The notes under the pieces were generated by a model. It was not told the origin of the DNA and made no database searches. It saw only the letters and a program-made list of their open reading frames with translations. From assembly GCF_000002075.1 (NCBI RefSeq), contig NW_004797589.1, forward strand, positions 82,620 to 146,619: a DNA stretch of 64,000 nucleotides, read 5' to 3'. Of the stretch, positions 63,925-64,000 are shown piece after piece. The position numbers and the translations under genes are program-made. Origin of the DNA: Aplysia californica. Lineage: Eukaryota. Positions within the stretch are counted from its first letter, which is position 1. Each line of letters begins with the position of its first letter.

Positions 63925-64000
63925 GTAAAAAGAATTACAGTATAATTATAATCCACATATATCGACAGCCGATGTATCGACATTTAGACATATCGACATA

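Overview
Eukaryotic (animal) genomic DNA, AT-rich and dense in transposons. A mollusc, probably a gastropod, is inferred from Nin/Deu-domain tRNA-SINEs and (TCTAGA)n arrays. There are four N-gaps: 2736-2835, 24298-24397, 29789-30272 and 45925-46024. Genes read manually: (1) a complete 5-exon 5'(3')-deoxyribonucleotidase (NT5M/NT5C family, 208 aa) on the minus strand; (2) a COPS3-like first coding exon, head-to-head ~0.5 kb away, with no further COPS3 exons found; (3) prefoldin subunit 3 (VBP1/PFDN3) exons 2-6 on the plus strand, with a U12-type last intron and a near-identical 7.7-kb tandem copy of exons 4-5 across a 100-N gap (probably haplotype duplication); (4) a 264-codon exon at the window end, missing from the ORF track and rich in psi-K-x-E motifs. 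The rest is nested TEs: a degenerate hAT transposase (two copies), split Tc1 and Harbinger-like pieces, RTE and L2/CR1 LINE fragments, tRNA-SINEs, and many MITEs with readable TIRs and TSDs. One Merlin-like element carries telomere-like repeats and a tRNA-like unit. No prokaryotic systems or CRISPR arrays are present.
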